Both the position numbers and the translations under genes were made by a program. The notes under the pieces are model-generated. The model had not been told where the DNA came from and did not search any database. It saw only the letters and a program-made list of their open reading frames with translations. From Pedobacter sp. (lineage in GTDB: Bacteria; Desulfobacterota; Desulfuromonadia; Desulfuromonadales; Syntrophotaleaceae), in contig JBFWJC010000001.1 in NCBI GenBank assembly GCA_050253415.1, positions 224,001 to 288,000 on the forward strand: 64,000 bases of DNA, read 5' to 3'. Shown in pieces: positions 60,700 through 64,000 of this stretch. The first letter of the stretch is position 1, and every line of letters begins with the position of its first letter.

Positions 60700-62678
60700 G
60701 CCTGCCCCCGTTCCAGAATCAGATTGCAGCGACTGTCGACCAGTGCCCGCCAATCCGGCGCCAGCACATGGGTTGCCGTGTCTTCGACGATCAAGGCCGG
60801 GCCGTGCACACTGCTGCCAACCGCGAGGGCACCGCGCTGGTAGACGGGCCAGGATGTTTCGACCCCCTTCCATACCACGCGGCTGGTGGTCTCGCCAGGC
60901 GTCGAACCGGGGTTACCGCTGGTGTTGGTGAGCTCCGGTTGTGGGCCGCTGCCGATCGCGCGCAGGCGCAAGGTAACGATCTCCAGCTCGCGTCCTTCGT
61001 CGCGAAAGCCGTAGAGGCTCTGATAGCGCTGGTGAAAGGCATCGCGGAAATTGCCATGCAGGGGGATGGTCAGCTCAAAGGATTGGCCTCGATAGCGCAT
61101 GTCCAGGGACCGTTCCAGGCGCAGGGCAGTGCCTGGTACCCCTTCGGCGGCCATGTCGCGGAGGGCGCGCTCTTCCAGGGGTGCGAACAACGCCTCCAGG
61201 GTAACCGGAGAGGTTTCGCCGGAGCGCAGCACCGAGATGGAATAATCGCGGATCACATCGGACAGCACCAGGCCGACGGCAGAAAGCAACCCGGGATGTG
61301 CCGGTATAATGGCTTGCGGAATGCCCAGGGTCTCGGCCAGCGAGCAGACGTGCAGGCCGCCGGCTCCGCCGAACGGCAGCAGGGTAAAATCGCGCGGATC
61401 GTAACCTTTGGCCACGGACACCACCCGCAAGGCACCGGCCATGGTCGCCTCGGCCACCTCCAGCACTCCTTCGGCAAGGCGCCTGGCGGGCAGGCCGGCT
61501 TGCGCGGCAAGTTGCTCAACGGCCTGGCGGCAGCGATCCTCGGCCAGCCGCATGCGTCCGCCGAGAAAACGGTCCGGCAGCAACCGGCCGAGATAGAGAT
61601 TGGCGTCGGTCACCGTCACCTCGAAGCCCTTGCCGTAGCACACCGGACCGGGATCGGCTCCCGCACTTTGCGGTCCGACCCGTAGTGCGCCACCAGCATC
61701 GAGACGGGCGATGGAGCCGCCGCCGGCGCCGACGGTATGAATGTCGATCATCGGCACCTTGACCGGCCATCCGGCCAGCAAGGTTTCGGAGGTTACCGGC
61801 ACCTGCCCGTCGCAAAGCCCGACATCGGTGCTGGTGCCGCCCATGTCAAAGGTAATGATGCGCCCGTAACCGGCGTTGCGGGCGGAGACAAAAGCGCCGA
61901 CCATCCCCGCGGCCGGACCGGACAGGATGGTGCGCACCGCTTCGCTGCCGGCGGTATCGGCGTGGATGGCCCCGCCGTTGCTCTGCATGATGCGCAGCGT
62001 ACGTCCCTGCAGACCCTGCTGCAGGCGCTGCAGGTAGTGCCCCATCACAGGTGAGACGGCAGCGTTGACGGCGGTGGTGGAGGCCCGTTCGAATTCCCGG
62101 TATTCCGGCAACACCAGATGAGATGCCGATACCTGCAGCCCGGCCTCCTGCAGGGCTTGCTGCAAGCTTTGTTCATGCACGGGGTTGGCGTAGGCATGCA
62201 ACAGGCAGAGCGCTACCGATTTGCAACCGCTGGCCAAAACCTGAGCGACCACCCTCTGAATCTCGGCGCCGTTCAGTGGCTCGGCCACGGTGCCGTCGGC
62301 CTGGACCCGTTCGCGCACCTCCACCACCCGCTCGCGTGATACCAGGACTGGTCGCGATGCGGGATGTAAGGCATAGAGCTGCGGGCGGTGCTGCCGTCCG
62401 ATATGCAGGACATCTCCGAATCCCTGCGTGGTGACCAACGCCACAGGTGCACCTTTGCCCTCCAACAGGGCATTGGTGGCCACTGTCGAGCCGTGAAACA
62501 CCAAGGCCTGATCTTCGCCAAGCAGAAAACGGACCCCTTCGAGCACCGCCCGTGACGGGTCGTCGGGGGTGGACGGGAGCTTGTAGGTGAGTACCTCGGT
62601 TCCGTTGACCAGTACCAGATCGGTAAACGTGCCGCCGGTGTCGACGCCGAGCAGACGCAGCTTCGGTTGGTTTGTCAC
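60696..62678 (-). CDS. Hydantoinase A/oxoprolinase subunit
   Basis: DTGGTFTD, SGPAAG, DMGGTSTD, GAGGGS, SAGADPGP. Confidence 0.93.
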   Translation of the reverse strand: MTNQPKLRLLGVDTGGTFTDLVLVNGTEVLTYKLPSTPDDPSRAVLEGVRFLLGEDQALVFHGSTVATNALLEGKGAPVALVTTQGFGDVLHIGRQHRPQLYALHPASRPVLVSRERVVEVRERVQADGTVAEPLNGAEIQRVVAQVLASGCKSVALCLLHAYANPVHEQSLQQALQEAGLQVSASHLVLPEYREFERASTTAVNAAVSPVMGHYLQRLQQGLQGRTLRIMQSNGGAIHADTAGSEAVRTILSGPAAGMVGAFVSARNAGYGRIITFDMGGTSTDVGLCDGQVPVTSETLLAGWPVKVPMIDIHTVGAGGGSIARLDAGGALRVGPQSAGADPGPVCYGKGFEVTVTDANLYLGRLLPDRFLGGRMRLAEDRCRQAVEQLAAQAGLPARRLAEGVLEVAEATMAGALRVVSVAKGYDPRDFTLLPFGGAGGLHVCSLAETLGIPQAIIPAHPGLLSAVGLVLSDVIRDYSISVLRSGETSPVTLEALFAPLEERALRDMAAEGVPGTALRLERSLDMRYRGQSFELTIPLHGNFRDAFHQRYQSLYGFRDEGRELEIVTLRLRAIGSGPQPELTNTSGNPGSTPGETTSRVVWKGVETSWPVYQRGALAVGSSVHGPALIVEDTATHVLAPDWRALVDSRCNLILERGQA

Positions 62679-62698
62679 GCTATGTGTCCTTTGCCAGA

Positions 62699-63649
62699 TC
62701 AGGGCATTTCAGAAGTTTTATCCAGCTGCTCAACCAGCGCCGTAGCCTGGTGGTGGCCGGGGTGCAGGGCCAGCACCTTGTTCAGGGCTTCGCGGGCGTC
62801 GCTGGACAAGCCGAGCCGCATCCGGCATTCCGCCAGATGCAGCCAGCCTTCGGCATCGCGCGGATTCAATTCCAGAGCCTGGCGATAAGCATCGATCGCC
62901 TTTTGCAGATGGCCGGCCCGTCGGCAGGTCTCGCCCAGCATGAAGTAAGCGGGGGTATAGCGAGGACTGTTGACGGCGGTTTTTTCGAATTGGATGGCGG
63001 CCTCATCCAGATCGCCGTGGCGCAACAAGGCCATACCCAGCTCGAAGCAGGCTTCGGTATAGTCGGGGCTGGCTTGTTCGACTTGCCGGAACAATTGGAT
63101 GGCCCTTGCGTTATCGCCTTGCTGGGAATGAATCATGCCCAGAATAAACAGGGCCCTGGTGTATTTGGGATTGAGCCGGATGGCGTCGTCGAGGGCGGCC
63201 TGGGCCCGTGCCAGATCGGACTGCCTGAGATAGGACAATCCCAGCCTGTAGCAGGTTTCGGCACTGGCAGGATTGACCTGCAGGGCCTGGCGGAAGCTTT
63301 CGACGCTGGCCGCCAGATCACCCAATCCGTACTGGGCCATGCCGAGTTTGAACAGGATGCGGAAAGGTTCACTGGTCTTCGTCAAGGCAGCCCGAAAGGC
63401 TTCGATGGCCCGAGGCAGGTCGCCTTGATCGTAGAGGGCCAGGCCGATATAGTAATGTGCCTGGCTGAAGTCGGAATCCAGCTGCAGGGCTTCATTCCAG
63501 AGTGCCAGCGCCTGGTCGACCTGTCCGCGATGATAAAGGTCGACGGCTTCATCATGCAGGAAGCGGGCGTCACGCTCGAGTTTTGCCCCGCACAATTCAC
63601 AGAATCGGGCCTGTTTCGAAACAACCGCCTCACAACGGGGACAGCGCAT
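62699..63649 (-). CDS. Zinc-ribbon + TPR protein
   Basis: CPRC..FCELCG followed by ~8 TPR repeats. Confidence 0.88.
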   Translation of the reverse strand: MRCPRCEAVVSKQARFCELCGAKLERDARFLHDEAVDLYHRGQVDQALALWNEALQLDSDFSQAHYYIGLALYDQGDLPRAIEAFRAALTKTSEPFRILFKLGMAQYGLGDLAASVESFRQALQVNPASAETCYRLGLSYLRQSDLARAQAALDDAIRLNPKYTRALFILGMIHSQQGDNARAIQLFRQVEQASPDYTEACFELGMALLRHGDLDEAAIQFEKTAVNSPRYTPAYFMLGETCRRAGHLQKAIDAYRQALELNPRDAEGWLHLAECRMRLGLSSDAREALNKVLALHPGHHQATALVEQLDKTSEMP

Positions 63650-63711
63650 GGCATCTCCCTTTCAGCCGCCTGGTCTGAATCCGCGTCGGTCACTCCCGGC
63701 ACCCTTGCCCG

Positions 63712-64000
63712 TTATTCCGCCGGGGGTGAGGGTTTTGGAGACCGCCGTGGCCCGCCGCGCCGGCGACGTGGACGGCGGCGAGCGCTGGTTTTGGAAGGAT
63801 CGGAAGCCGGCTTATTTTTTGATGCGATTGCCTGCTGCCAATCGGCCAGTTCATCGAGTTGCTGTTGAGACACTTCACACCAGAGGGCAAAAAACTCCAA
63901 GGCCTTGGGCGTGCCGGGATGGTGTAAAAAGCGTGCTTCCCCCCGTCGACCGCGTCCTCGGTTAAAGCGGAAAAAGCCGATCAATAAATCCCGGGTACGG
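63712..64000 (-). CDS. pcnB: Probable poly(A) polymerase C-terminus (partial)
   Basis: Frame open to the window end; RFLHHP..ALEFF..W and Arg-rich RRRPRRRR tail. Confidence 0.55.
   Translation of the reverse strand, partial: RTRDLLIGFFRFNRGRGRRGEARFLHHPGTPKALEFFALWCEVSQQQLDELADWQQAIASKNKPASDPSKTSARRRPRRRRGGPRRSPKPSPPAE

Noticed and set aside
62672..63868. 398-aa plus-strand ORF
   Set aside because: GC-rich antisense shadow of the TPR gene.

Overview
The window covers the replication origin of a Desulfuromonadales-type deltaproteobacterium; the Pelobacter/Syntrophotalea-like assignment is inferred from gene content only. Left of the origin, on the minus strand, lie dnaA-dnaN-recF-gyrB-gyrA-TPR-gpsA-EEP-nth. 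Right of it, on the plus strand, lie rpmH-rnpA-yidD-yidC-mnmE-(parS)-mnmG-rsmG-parA-parB-bactofilin. A DnaA-box/DnaA-trio unwinding element sits between dnaA and dnaN. Housekeeping and metabolic genes follow: dinB, a K+ channel, a GCS2 ligase, tkt, an ECF sigma/anti-sigma/DUF3106-like cluster, mqnB/mqnD, serA, aroF, trehalose genes, a BtuR/CobA-type adenosyltransferase, a UbiD paralogue, oxoprolinase A/B and the end of pcnB. Four things stand out. (1) A duplicated [outer-membrane beta-barrel + FG-GAP periplasmic protein] locus lies behind a near-consensus ModE-type box and a structured leader, making it a candidate Mo/W-responsive outer-membrane uptake system. (2) An unannotated 30-aa leader peptide (8 Phe, 1 Trp) with complete attenuator structure precedes DAHP synthase. 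(3) A 6.5-kb integrative element sits in tRNA-Phe (47-bp att repeat), with a tyrosine integrase, Xis, a Rep_trans rolling-circle initiator, two XRE regulators, paired arm-type repeats, a leaderless PRM-like promoter and a lipoprotein-only cargo (two intact, one decayed). (4) A UbiD paralogue has Asn at the general-acid position. All family assignments come from motif recognition; no database searches were run.
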